DNA from: Thermoanaerobaculia bacterium
GTDB taxonomy: Bacteria > Acidobacteriota > Thermoanaerobaculia > UBA5066
Assembly: GCA_036385755.1 (NCBI GenBank)
Contig: DASVJU010000202.1
Span: forward strand, 1-59,983
Reading direction: 5' to 3'
DNA: 59,983 nt
Shown: piece after piece, positions 35,320 to 44,130 of the stretch
How positions within the stretch are numbered: position 1 is the first letter of the stretch
How the letters are laid out: each line of letters starts with the position of its first letter
Notes under the pieces: generated by a model
Databases searched by the model: none
Seen by the model: only the letters and a program-made list of their open reading frames with translations
Told to the model about the DNA's origin: nothing
Translations under genes and position numbers: made by a program

Positions 35320-36267
35320 TCAGTTCTTCAGGAACAGCGCCAGGCGCCTTGCCGCGGCGGGAGAAATGCGTTCTTTCGCCGTGAGGACGGCCGACGCGAG
35401 AGCGTCCGCGCAATCGCTCGGTCGATCGGGATCGAGATGCCGCACGGCATTCGCGAGGACGCGATTCGCGGTGCTCGCATTCTGCCTGAGGACGGCGAGG
35501 ACGGCCTCCACCGACACCGCGGCCTCCTCCTCGTGCCAGCAGTCATAGTCGGTGACGAGGGCCATGGAGGCGTAGCCGATTCCGGCCTCCCGGCAGAGCT
35601 TCGCTTCGGTGGCGTTCGTCATGCCGATCACATCGGCGCCCCACGAGCGGTAGAGGGACGACTCGGCCTTGGTGGAGAACTGCGGCCCCTCCATGCAGAC
35701 GTACGTCCCGCCCCGGTGGCACACGGCGCCCTCGGCTTTCGCGGCCGAAGCGAGCGCATCGAGGAGGACGGCCGAGACCGGGTGCGCGAACGAGACGTGC
35801 CCCACGCAACCGCCGCCGAAGAACGTCGAGACGCGGTGCTTCGCGAGGTCGATGAACTGGTCCGGAAGGACGATGTCGGTCGGCTTGTACGCCTCCTTCA
35901 TCGAGCCGCAGGCCGAAGCCGAGAGCAGCCATGAACAACCGAGTTTCCGGAAGCCCCAGATGTTCGCGCGGTAGTTCACCTCGGTGGGGAGGAACGAGTG
36001 GTGGCGCCCGTGCCGCGCGAGAAACGCGACGGGGACCGAAGAAAGAGTTCCGAGAAGGTAGGAGTCGGAGGGAGCGCCGAAGGGAGTGCGAAGCGCGACC
36101 TCGTCCGTGATCTTCAGTCCGGGAAGCGAATACAGGCCCGATCCACCGACGAGACCAATGCGACGGAGAAGCGAAGAAGTAGATTTCTTACTCTTACCCT
36201 TCAAAGAAATCTTCGTCTTCTCTTTCGCTCTTTCGTTTCTCCTCCGAGCAAGTTCTTCTTTCTTCAT
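35320..36267 (-). CDS. mtnP: S-methyl-5'-thioadenosine phosphorylase (PNP/MTAP family)
   Basis: Track ORF 35320..37179 trimmed to ATG 36267 (ATGA overlap). The conserved core starts at IGLVGGSGLY. Also GVCHRGGTYVCMEGPQFST and MTNATEAKLCREAG. The first ~36 codons are a repeat copy. An alternative TTG start lies at 36204. Confidence 0.85.
   Translation of the reverse strand: MKKEELARRRNERAKEKTKISLKGKSKKSTSSLLRRIGLVGGSGLYSLPGLKITDEVALRTPFGAPSDSYLLGTLSSVPVAFLARHGRHHSFLPTEVNYRANIWGFRKLGCSWLLSASACGSMKEAYKPTDIVLPDQFIDLAKHRVSTFFGGGCVGHVSFAHPVSAVLLDALASAAKAEGAVCHRGGTYVCMEGPQFSTKAESSLYRSWGADVIGMTNATEAKLCREAGIGYASMALVTDYDCWHEEEAAVSVEAVLAVLRQNASTANRVLANAVRHLDPDRPSDCADALASAVLTAKERISPAAARRLALFLKN
36165..36267. 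repeat. compact palindromic element forming the first ~34 codons of the MTAP gene
   Basis: The minus strand reads ATGAAGAAAGAAG...GAGAAGACGAAGATTTCTT-TGAAGGGTAAGAG-TAAGAAATCTACTTCTTCGCTTCTC. The two arms are self-complementary with a ~14-nt loop. Confidence 0.8.
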
Positions 36268-37208
36268 CTCCCGCGTCCCATCTCCTCGAGGATGTCGAGC
36301 GCGAGCTTCAGCGCCGCGCGGCCCGCCTCTCCGGTGACTTCCGGTTCGCTGCGCTCGGCGCAGGCCTTCAGGAACGCCGCATCCTCGGCGGTGAGGGCGT
36401 CTGCGGGCTCGACCGTCACGGGCCAGGGCACGATGCGCGGCGGGCCGCTCAGCCGGTCGAGACGGAAGGCCGTCACGTCGCGCTTCTGCGTGTCGATCGA
36501 AAAATACCAGTCGGGCTGGAAGAACCGGAACTTCCGGGTCTTCTCCTGGGAGACCCGCGAGGCCGTCAGGTTCGCCACGCAGCCGCCTTCGAACGACAGC
36601 CGCACCGATGCGATGTCGATCTTCTCGCTCAGGATCGGCACGCCGACCGCCCGGATTTCGACGACCGGCCGGCCCACGAGGTCGAGCGCGATGTCGAGGT
36701 CGTGCACGAGGAGGTCGAGGACCACGTCCACGTCGAGGGCTCGCGGCACGAACACCCCGAGGCGGTGCGCCTCGATGAACTTCACGTCGGTCACGAGCGG
36801 GCGCACGGCGACGACGGCCGGGTTGAAACGCTCGATGTGGCCCACCTGCAGGACGCGTCCCTTCGCCCTCGCGAGGGCCACGAGCCGGTCGGCCTCGGCG
36901 AGCGTCACAGTGATGGGCTTTTCGACCATCACGTCGGCGCCTCCGGCCAGGAGTTCCTCCGCCACCTCCGCGTGCGTGGAGGTCGGCGACGCGACGACGA
37001 CCGCGCGGGCGCCCGCGTCGAGAAGCTCCTTCACGGAGCGTCTCCTCACGAGGCCCTTGCTTCCGTACGCGGCCTCGATCGCCGCGGCCGCGGCGTCGTC
37101 CGCGTCGACGAAGCCCACCGGCTCGGAGCCGGCGAGCTCGGTCAGGATCCGAGCGTGGTGCCGGCCGAGATAGCCGCACCCGACGATGGCTGTCCGGATC
37201 CTCGTCAT
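36264..37208 (-). CDS. Gfo/Idh/MocA family oxidoreductase
   Basis: 314 aa. N-terminal Rossmann motif IRTAIVGCGYLGRHHA plus the family EKP motif (VMVEKPI). Confidence 0.85.
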   Translation of the reverse strand: MTRIRTAIVGCGYLGRHHARILTELAGSEPVGFVDADDAAAAAIEAAYGSKGLVRRRSVKELLDAGARAVVVASPTSTHAEVAEELLAGGADVMVEKPITVTLAEADRLVALARAKGRVLQVGHIERFNPAVVAVRPLVTDVKFIEAHRLGVFVPRALDVDVVLDLLVHDLDIALDLVGRPVVEIRAVGVPILSEKIDIASVRLSFEGGCVANLTASRVSQEKTRKFRFFQPDWYFSIDTQKRDVTAFRLDRLSGPPRIVPWPVTVEPADALTAEDAAFLKACAERSEPEVTGEAGRAALKLALDILEEMGRGR

Positions 37209-37255
37209 GCGGGCCGCAGTCTAAAGGATGGCATGCGGCGGCACGGCGGAGCGCT

Positions 37256-37699
37256 TCACGCGGCGACGCTTTCCTTGACCGTGAGCACCGGGCACGGCGC
37301 CGTGCAGACGAGGCGCCCGGCGACGCTTCCCATGACCATGCGCGAGACGCCCGTGCGCCCGTTCGTCCCCAGGACGAGCATGGTCGCGTGCGCCCGTTCG
37401 GCGGCCTCCGCGAGCGCGTCCTCCGGGGAGCCGGCGAGAAGCTCTGTTCGGGCCGGGACTCCCGCGCGATCGGCCCGGCGGCGCAGGGCCTCGAGCCGCA
37501 TGCCCTTTTCTTCGCGGATCCGGTTCTCCACCTCTCTCGCGATGTCGCCGACGCCGTAGCCGAGCACCCCGGGAGTGTCGATGACGTGCCCCACCACCAG
37601 CTCCGCGCCTCGCATCCTCGCCATCTCGAGCGCCACGTCGAACGCCCGCTCCGAAGCCGGCGAAAAGTCCGTCCCGACGTAAATCGTTCGTCCGGTCAT
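37256..37699 (-). CDS. universal stress protein (UspA family)
   Basis: Track ORF 37256..38950 trimmed to ATG 37699 (MTGRTIYVGTDFS...). C-terminal ATP motif GTNGRTGVSRMVMGSVA. 147 aa. Confidence 0.85.
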   Translation of the reverse strand: MTGRTIYVGTDFSPASERAFDVALEMARMRGAELVVGHVIDTPGVLGYGVGDIAREVENRIREEKGMRLEALRRRADRAGVPARTELLAGSPEDALAEAAERAHATMLVLGTNGRTGVSRMVMGSVAGRLVCTAPCPVLTVKESVAA

Positions 37700-37822
37700 A
37701 GGGACCTCCCCGGAAAATCCGTCCGGACCGAATTCCCCGAATGAAGTTCGCGCCACGCGTGCGCCGGCGACATGATCCATTTGAATCAAACGGTGCATCG
37801 TGCGGGGTGTAGATTCGCGCGC

Positions 37823-38803
37823 ATGAAGAAGACGATGCTCGCCCTGACGATGATCCTCCTCGCAGCGGGCCTGGCCGCCGCCGCCGATTCGAAAACGAAC
37901 GTCTTCGCACAGGAAGAGGGCTTCGTCGACGCGCACGGCGTCCTCGTCTACTGGAAGTCGATCGGGCGGGGCGCGCCCCTCTTCGTCGTGCATGGCGGTC
38001 CCGGCGCCTCGCACGACTACTTCCTCCCCCACCTCCTCCCGCTCGCGCGCACGAACCGGCTCGTCTTCATCGACGAGAGGGGATCGGGCCGGTCCGAGCG
38101 CCTTGAGGACCCGAAGCTCTACACCGTCGCCGCCATGGTCGAGGACATGGAAGCCGTCCGGAAGGCGCTCGGCCTCGGGAAGGTGAACCTCCTCGGCCAT
38201 TCGTTCGGCGGGGTCCTGGCGCAGGCGTACGCCTTCACGTACCCGCAGAACCTCTCGACCCTGATCCTTTGTTCGACGTTCCACACGACGAAGGCGATCA
38301 ACAAGGCCCTCGCCGACATGAAGGCCGCGATGGCCCCGGAGCTTCGCGCTCGGATCGATAAAATGGAGAAAGAGGGCCTCTACGGGAAGGGCCTGCCGTG
38401 GCAATGGGGCCGGTACCCGGACGAATACATGAAGGCCGCGTGGGCGGAGGGCTACTTCCCCTACCTTTACCAAAGCCGGCCCGACGCGAACTACGACCCG
38501 GCCCCTGGCCCCAACATGGGATGGGAGGTCTATCGCGAGATGTGGGGCTCCACGGGCGAGTACGTCGTGGACGGAAACCTCACCGGCCTCGACTACGCCG
38601 AGCAACTGAGAACAGTTCGCGTTCCGACTCTTGTGACCGTCGGCGATCACGACGAGAGCGCGCCTTGGATCGCCGGGGAGATGGCGAAGCTCGTGCCCGG
38701 CGCGACGCTCGTCGTCTTCCCGAAGAGCGGCCACATGACGTTCGTCGACCAGCCGGCGCTGTTCCGCAAGGTGGTCGACGATTTCGTTCACGGGCGGAAG
38801 TAG
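37823..38803 (+). CDS. secreted alpha/beta hydrolase (proline iminopeptidase-like)
   Basis: Trimmed to ATG 37823 ([16 protein letters not shown]... signal peptide). HGGPG oxyanion motif and nucleophile elbow GHSFGG. 326 aa. Confidence 0.8.
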   Translation: MKKTMLALTMILLAAGLAAAADSKTNVFAQEEGFVDAHGVLVYWKSIGRGAPLFVVHGGPGASHDYFLPHLLPLARTNRLVFIDERGSGRSERLEDPKLYTVAAMVEDMEAVRKALGLGKVNLLGHSFGGVLAQAYAFTYPQNLSTLILCSTFHTTKAINKALADMKAAMAPELRARIDKMEKEGLYGKGLPWQWGRYPDEYMKAAWAEGYFPYLYQSRPDANYDPAPGPNMGWEVYREMWGSTGEYVVDGNLTGLDYAEQLRTVRVPTLVTVGDHDESAPWIAGEMAKLVPGATLVVFPKSGHMTFVDQPALFRKVVDDFVHGRK

Positions 38804-38862
38804 CCGCGCGTCCCGCCGCCGGTTGCCGCGCGCGGAGCGACCGCGTAACCTCCGCGGCTCAC

Positions 38863-41823
38863 ATGAGCGGACGCGACTGGAAATCCACTCTCCTCCTCCC
38901 GAAGACGGAGTTCCCCATGCGGGCGGACCTCCCGAAGCGGGAGCCCGCACGCCTCGCGCGCTGGCGGGACGAAGACCTCTACGGCCGCATCCGCGCCGCG
39001 CGCAAAGGCGCCCCCCGATTCCTCCTGCACGACGGGCCGCCCTACGCGAACGGCCGGATCCACATGGGGACGGCGATGAACAAGATCCTCAAGGATCTCG
39101 TCGTCCGCAGCAAGACGCTGGCCGGTTTCGATGCGCCTTACGTGCCGGGGTGGGACTGTCACGGCCTGCCCATCGAACTCAAGGTCGACAAGGAGCTGGG
39201 GCCGAAACGGCGCGAGATGACGGACGTCTCGTTCCGGGACGCCTGCCGCGCCTACGCCGAGAAGTGGATCGACGTCCAGCGGACCGACTTCATGCGCCTC
39301 GGCGTCCTCGGGGCGTGGCAGGCGCCGTACCGGACGATGGACTTCTCTTACCAGTCCGAAATCGCCCGCGCGTTCGGCCAGTTCGTGGAGAACGGCCTCG
39401 TCTCTTTCGGTTTCAAGGCCGTCCTCTGGTGCGTCCACGACCGCACGGCTCTCGCCGAGGCGGAGATCGAGTACGAGGACAAGACGGACTGGTCGATCTA
39501 CGTGGCGATGCCGATAAGAGTGGACGACGCGGCGCAATCCGTCTGGGATCCGGCGCCTCTTGGGATCGATTCGATCTATGCCGTGATCTGGACGACTACG
39601 CCGTGGACCTTGCCCGCGAATCGGGCGATTTCCCTCGGGGCGAACATCGAATACATTCTTCTTAGAAAGGAAGAGGGAGCGCGAGACGCGTATCTGGTCG
39701 CCGAAGCGCTGGTGCCGCAGGTGACGGCCGCGCTCGGCTGGACGCGCGCCATCCCCCTTCCCCTTTCTAGGAAAAGCGGCCGTGACATCGCCAACAGGCT
39801 GCTGAAACTGCGCTACGCCCGCCCCTTCGCGTCCGACCCATTCGACAATTTTGGTTTCCTTCTCGGCGAGCACGTCTCGACTTCGGACGGCACCGGTCTC
39901 GTTCACACGGCTCCCGGCCATGGCCGCGACGATTACGAGGTTGTGAGGCGCGCCGGATTCAAGGTCGACGACCCGGCCCTCTGCCCGGTGGACGAGGGCG
40001 GGTACTACGACGCGAACGCTCCCGAGCAACTTCGCGGGAAGCGCGTCGTGACGCCGAAGACGCCGGGAGACGACGCGAGTGGGGCGGTTCTCGAGGCGTT
40101 GAAAGCTGGAGACGCTTCGGGCGCTCTTCTCCTCCATTCGCAGAAATCTCCTCATTCGTATCCCCATTGCTGGCGCTGCAAGAACCCGGTCATCTTCCGG
40201 GCGACGCACCAGTGGTTCATCGACCTCGGAGCCCTGCGCGATCGCGCGATGGCGGAGATCCGAGGCCGCGTCGCGTGGATCCCGTCCTACAGCGAGAACC
40301 GCATCGGCGCGATGGTCGACAACCGCCTCGAGTGGACGATCTCCCGGCAACGCCGCTGGGGCTCGCCGATCACGTTCCTGCGCTGCGTCGACTGCAAGGA
40401 GAAGGGCGTCGTGAGCCACTTCCCCAGAGTCGAGGGGAACGTGGGAGAAAAGGAGAAGAGAGAAAGAGAGGATTTCTTTGAAAGGGTAAGAGAGGCTTTC
40501 CGTGAACACGGAGCGAACGCCTGGTACGACGATGCTTTCCCCCCGTCTTACTTTCTAAGCAAATCTTCCTCTTCTTCTTCCTCTCCAGCCTCCTGTTCTT
40601 CCTGCGGCGGAACGAACTTCGAGAAGCTGAAGGACATCCTGGACGTGTGGTTCGACTCCGGCGTTTCGCACGCGGCGGTCCTCCGCTCCGGCGACTACGG
40701 CCTCGCGGATCCTTACACGGCGCAGCCGCCCGTCCCGGTCATGTACCTCGAGGGCCACGACCAGCACCGCGGATGGTTTCAGTCCTCGCTCCTCACGTCC
40801 GTCGCGCTGACCGGCCGAGCGCCGTACGACACCGTCCTGACCCATGGTTTCGTCGTCGCGGGCGACGGCCACAAAATGTCGAAGTCCCTCGGCAATACGA
40901 TCGAGCCGCAGGACCTCCTCAAGACCGACGGCGCGGACGTGATCCGCCTCTGGGTCGCCTCGCTCGACTACACGAACGACGACCCGCTTTCGAAGGAGAT
41001 CCTCCAGCGCACCGCCGAGGCCTACCGGAAGATCCGGAACACGGCACGCTTCCTCCTGTCGAACCTCTTCGATTTCGACCCGGCAACGGATGCCGTGCCG
41101 GAAGCAAGGCTCGAACCGCTCGACCGCTGGGTGCTCGACGCCGCCGCGCGCTTCGCGGTCGAGGCTCGGGACGCATACGCGCGCTACGAGTTCCACGCCG
41201 TCGCGCGCCGGCTGCTCGACCTCGTCACGACCGATCTCTCGGCGTTCTGGTGTGATGCGCGCAAGGACGCTTTCTACGTCCTCGCGGCGAACGATCCCGT
41301 GCGCCGGTCGGCGCAGACGGCGGCCTGGAGGCTCGTCGAGACGATCGCGATCGCGCTCTCCCCGATCTGCCCATTTACGGCGGAAGAGATATGGGAATCG
41401 ATACCGGGGCATGCGACGGACCCCTCTTCGCTGGTCCTGAAGAGCTGGGACGAACTCAAGGTTCCGGGGATTTCTTCGAATGAGAAAGAGGCTTGGGGCC
41501 ACGTCCTCGCTCTTCGAGCGGAATTTCTGCAGGCCCTCGAGCCGCTGCGCCGCGACGGGTCGGTGGGCTCCGCCGCGCAAGCTGAGGCAGTGGTCGGACG
41601 CGCCGTCGGGCTCGACGAGGCGCTCCGGACTCTTTCCCTTTCAGAAGAAAAACTCGCCGAGGTGCTCGCCGTACCGTCCGTCATGCGGGATGTCGGCGCC
41701 GACGGAATTCTCGTCCGCCCCGCCGAAGGCGCGAAGTGCCCGCGGTGCTGGCAGGTCCGCAAGGACGTGGAACCCGGAGACGACGGCCTCTGCGCGCGCT
41801 GCCGCGCGGTCGTCGGCGAGTAG
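38863..41823 (+). CDS. ileS: isoleucine--tRNA ligase (type 1)
   Basis: Track ORF trimmed to ATG 38863 ([21 protein letters not shown]...). [11 protein letters not shown] (HIGH-type), [17 protein letters not shown], and a C-terminal zinc knuckle CPRCW...CARC. 986 aa. Confidence 0.95.
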   Translation: MSGRDWKSTLLLPKTEFPMRADLPKREPARLARWRDEDLYGRIRAARKGAPRFLLHDGPPYANGRIHMGTAMNKILKDLVVRSKTLAGFDAPYVPGWDCHGLPIELKVDKELGPKRREMTDVSFRDACRAYAEKWIDVQRTDFMRLGVLGAWQAPYRTMDFSYQSEIARAFGQFVENGLVSFGFKAVLWCVHDRTALAEAEIEYEDKTDWSIYVAMPIRVDDAAQSVWDPAPLGIDSIYAVIWTTTPWTLPANRAISLGANIEYILLRKEEGARDAYLVAEALVPQVTAALGWTRAIPLPLSRKSGRDIANRLLKLRYARPFASDPFDNFGFLLGEHVSTSDGTGLVHTAPGHGRDDYEVVRRAGFKVDDPALCPVDEGGYYDANAPEQLRGKRVVTPKTPGDDASGAVLEALKAGDASGALLLHSQKSPHSYPHCWRCKNPVIFRATHQWFIDLGALRDRAMAEIRGRVAWIPSYSENRIGAMVDNRLEWTISRQRRWGSPITFLRCVDCKEKGVVSHFPRVEGNVGEKEKREREDFFERVREAFREHGANAWYDDAFPPSYFLSKSSSSSSSPASCSSCGGTNFEKLKDILDVWFDSGVSHAAVLRSGDYGLADPYTAQPPVPVMYLEGHDQHRGWFQSSLLTSVALTGRAPYDTVLTHGFVVAGDGHKMSKSLGNTIEPQDLLKTDGADVIRLWVASLDYTNDDPLSKEILQRTAEAYRKIRNTARFLLSNLFDFDPATDAVPEARLEPLDRWVLDAAARFAVEARDAYARYEFHAVARRLLDLVTTDLSAFWCDARKDAFYVLAANDPVRRSAQTAAWRLVETIAIALSPICPFTAEEIWESIPGHATDPSSLVLKSWDELKVPGISSNEKEAWGHVLALRAEFLQALEPLRRDGSVGSAAQAEAVVGRAVGLDEALRTLSLSEEKLAEVLAVPSVMRDVGADGILVRPAEGAKCPRCWQVRKDVEPGDDGLCARCRAVVGE
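39649..39776. repeat. inward-facing pair in ileS (pair 1)
   Basis: Plus core ATTCTTCTTAGAAAGGAAGAGGGAG (39655-39679). Minus core at 39751-39776 (reverse complement GCTTTTCCTAGAAAGGGGAAGGGGGAT). 70-nt GC-rich interior. Confidence 0.65.
40444..40586. repeat. inward-facing pair in ileS (pair 2)
   Basis: Plus arm GGAGAAAAGGAGAAGAGAGAAAGAGAGGATTTCTTTGAAAGGGTAAGAGAGG (the 16-mer at 40471-40486 is identical to 29681-29696). Minus arm 40546-40586 (reverse complement GGAGAGGAAGAAGAAGAGGAAGATTTGCTTAGAAAGTAAGAC). About 50-nt interior. Confidence 0.8.
41468..41655. repeat. inward-facing pair in ileS (pair 3, more diverged)
   Basis: Plus core GGATTTCTTCGAATGAGAAAGAGG (41468-41491). Minus core 41630-41655 (reverse complement GAGTTTTTCTTCTGAAAGGGAAAGAG). 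138-nt interior. Confidence 0.5.
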
Positions 41824-41833
41824 AATCCCCCTC

Positions 41834-42334
41834 GTGCCGCGCCGGCTCGTCTATTTCGCGATTTCTCTCGCCGTCGTGGCTCTGGACCAGCTCACGAAGG
41901 CGATCGTGTCCGCGCGCATCCCGCTGCACGACACGATCCCGGTGATTCGGGGGTTCTTCGACCTGACGCACGTGAAGAACACGGGCGCGGCATTCGGCAT
42001 CTTCGCGTCCTTCAGCTCGCCCGCGCGCGCGATGATCCTGACGCTCGTCGCCAGCGGCGTCTTTCTCGCCGTCCTCGCCTGGTCGCTGTCGTCGCCTGTG
42101 ACGCTCACGCGGCTCCAGACGGCGCTCGCGCTCGTTCTCGGCGGGGCCGTCGGGAACCTGATCGACCGCGTGCGCTTTGATTCCGTCACGGATTTCCTGC
42201 GCTTTTACGTTGCCAGCTGGGAGTGGCCGTCGTTCAACGTAGCCGACAGCGCGATCAGCGTGGGCGTCGTCCTTCTCGCCTGGGATATCTGGCGGCATCC
42301 GGAGAAACAGCCCGAGACATGCACCCAGAACTGA
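41834..42334 (+). CDS. lspA: lipoprotein signal peptidase II
   Basis: GTG 41834. LDQLTKAIV, VKNTGAAFGI, GGAVGNLIDR, FNVADSAI. 166 aa. Classical ileS-lspA linkage. Confidence 0.9.
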   Translation: MPRRLVYFAISLAVVALDQLTKAIVSARIPLHDTIPVIRGFFDLTHVKNTGAAFGIFASFSSPARAMILTLVASGVFLAVLAWSLSSPVTLTRLQTALALVLGGAVGNLIDRVRFDSVTDFLRFYVASWEWPSFNVADSAISVGVVLLAWDIWRHPEKQPETCTQN

Positions 42335-43110
42335 TCCACATCGGCTCTTTCGCGCTGCCGAGCTACGGCCTGATGATGGCCCTCGGCTTCCTCGCGGCTC
42401 TGTGGCTCCTGAGGAGGCGGGCGCCCGCATTCGGGATCGCGTCGGACGCCGCGTCGGACGTCGGAATCTGGCTTCTTCTGTCGGGTCTCGTGGGCGCGAA
42501 ACTCCTGCTCGTCATCGTCGAGTGGCCGCACTACGTGTCGTCCTGGGACGGTCTCAAGGATCTCGCGCGCGCAGGCGGCGTTTTCTACGGCGGATTGATC
42601 GGTGCAACGGTGGGCACGGCGATCCTCCTTCGGAAACGCCGGATTCCGTTCTTCACATTCGCCGACGGCGCGGCGCCGTCGATTGCGCTTGGGCAGTGCC
42701 TGGGCCGCGTGGGCTGCCTCCTCGCGGGCTGCTGCTGGGGCCGCCAGTGCGCGCTGCCCTGGGCGATCACGTTCTCCGACCCGCGGGCGAACGAGAACGT
42801 CGGCGTCCCCCTGGGAATTCCGCTTCATCCCACTCAGATCTACGAGGCCGTCGGCACGCTCGTTCTCTGCATCCTCCTCCTCGTCTTCGAGCGCCGCCGG
42901 TACTCCGGGGAGACATTCGTGCGGTACCTCTTCGGGTACGCCGTCCTGCGTTTCACGATCGAGATCTTCCGCGGCGACCCGCGCGGCTCGGTCTTCGGCG
43001 CGATGTCGACTTCGCAGTTCATCGCGCTCGGCCTCGCCGCAGCGGCGGTCGCGATCTGGGCCCTGCGCCGCAAGACGGCGCCTGCGCCGGCTGCCGTTCG
43101 AGCGGCGTGA
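42319..43110 (+). CDS. lgt: prolipoprotein diacylglyceryl transferase
   Basis: Trimmed to ATG 42319 (MHPELIHIGSFALPSYGLMMALGF...). Motifs GRVGCLLAGCCWG and HPTQIYE. 263 aa. Overlaps lspA by 16 nt. Confidence 0.9.
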   Translation: MHPELIHIGSFALPSYGLMMALGFLAALWLLRRRAPAFGIASDAASDVGIWLLLSGLVGAKLLLVIVEWPHYVSSWDGLKDLARAGGVFYGGLIGATVGTAILLRKRRIPFFTFADGAAPSIALGQCLGRVGCLLAGCCWGRQCALPWAITFSDPRANENVGVPLGIPLHPTQIYEAVGTLVLCILLLVFERRRYSGETFVRYLFGYAVLRFTIEIFRGDPRGSVFGAMSTSQFIALGLAAAAVAIWALRRKTAPAPAAVRAA

Positions 43111-44099
43111 GCGACGCGCCCCGGCCCCGGCGCACGTTCCGCGCCGACCGTGGTGACGCCGGCGAGCGCATCGACCGCGTCCTGCTCCGGCACCTCAACG
43201 ACCTGCCCGAAGCCTCGCGAACGAAGATCCAGGAGTGGATCGATGGCGGATTCGTCTCCATCGAAGGGAGAAGATCGAAGAAGAGCTCGGAGAAGGTGAA
43301 GACGGGAGAGGAGATCGCCGTCGAGCTGCCTCCGCCTCCGGCCCCTCGCCCCGACATCCTGGCTCAGGACATCCCTCTCTCCGTCCTCTTCGAAGACTCC
43401 GAGATCCTCGTCCTCGACAAGCCCCCAGGCCTCGTCGTGCACCCGGCCGTCGGCCATCGGGACGGGACGCTCGTGAATGCGCTCCTCCACCGCTCCAAGG
43501 ACTGGGCGGGCCCCGCCGACCGCCCCGGGCTCGTTCACCGGCTCGACAAGGACACGTCGGGGGTGCTCGTGATCGCGAAGACCGAGCGGGCCATGGCGGT
43601 GCTCGGGAAGGCGATGAAAGAGAGATCCTTGGAAAAGGAATACCTGGCGGTCGTCTACGGACACCCACCCGTTCGCAAGGGAAAAATCGAGATGGGCATC
43701 TTGCGCGACACGAAGGACCGCAAGCGCATGGCCGCCTCGAAGACCGAGGGGCGGCCGTCGACCACCTTCTATGAAATCCTCTCCGAATCTTCCGGCCTTC
43801 TCTCGGGTCTCTCGCTCCTGAAATGCCGGCTCGTCACCGGCCGGACGCACCAGATCCGCGTGCACCTCAAGGCGATGAACCTGCCCATCGTCGGCGATCC
43901 CGTCTACGGCTCGCCCCGCTGGAAGGGGTTGAAGGACGGCGCGCTCGTGGAGGCCTGCAAGGCTTTTCCGCGCCAGGCCCTCCACGCCTGGCGCCTCGGG
44001 ATTCGCCACCCGGCGACGGGCGAGGCAATGACGTTCACGGCTCCCGTGCCGGGAGATCTAAAGGCCCTGTTTCTGGCCGCTCGGATACCCGTGCCGTAA
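43107..44099 (+). CDS. rluD: RluA-family 23S rRNA pseudouridine synthase (RluD-like, S4 domain plus catalytic domain)
   Basis: GTG 43107 (GTGA overlap). Catalytic motif HRLDKDTSGVLVIAK. Also KEYLAVVYG and GRTHQIRVHL. 330 aa. Confidence 0.85.
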   Translation: MSDAPRPRRTFRADRGDAGERIDRVLLRHLNDLPEASRTKIQEWIDGGFVSIEGRRSKKSSEKVKTGEEIAVELPPPPAPRPDILAQDIPLSVLFEDSEILVLDKPPGLVVHPAVGHRDGTLVNALLHRSKDWAGPADRPGLVHRLDKDTSGVLVIAKTERAMAVLGKAMKERSLEKEYLAVVYGHPPVRKGKIEMGILRDTKDRKRMAASKTEGRPSTTFYEILSESSGLLSGLSLLKCRLVTGRTHQIRVHLKAMNLPIVGDPVYGSPRWKGLKDGALVEACKAFPRQALHAWRLGIRHPATGEAMTFTAPVPGDLKALFLAARIPVP

Positions 44100-44130
44100 A
44101 CCGATCTCCCCCGAGAGACGTCAATACGTC

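Noticed and set aside
38804-38862. T-box, attenuator or leader structures upstream of ileS (and of leuS at 32359-32395).
   Set aside because: The upstream regions are under 60 nt, too short for T-box or leader-peptide attenuators, and no specifier or antiterminator-like elements were seen.
43255-43320. Purine-only run in rluD (TCGAAGGGAGAAGATCGAAGAAGAGCTCGGAGAAGGTGAAGACGGGAGAGGAG) and the GA-rich stretch at 35286-35319 upstream of the PfkB kinase start.
   Set aside because: They resemble the GA arms but lack the TTTC-N3-GAAA core. The first encodes the normal S4-domain segment. The second is plausibly just the RBS region.
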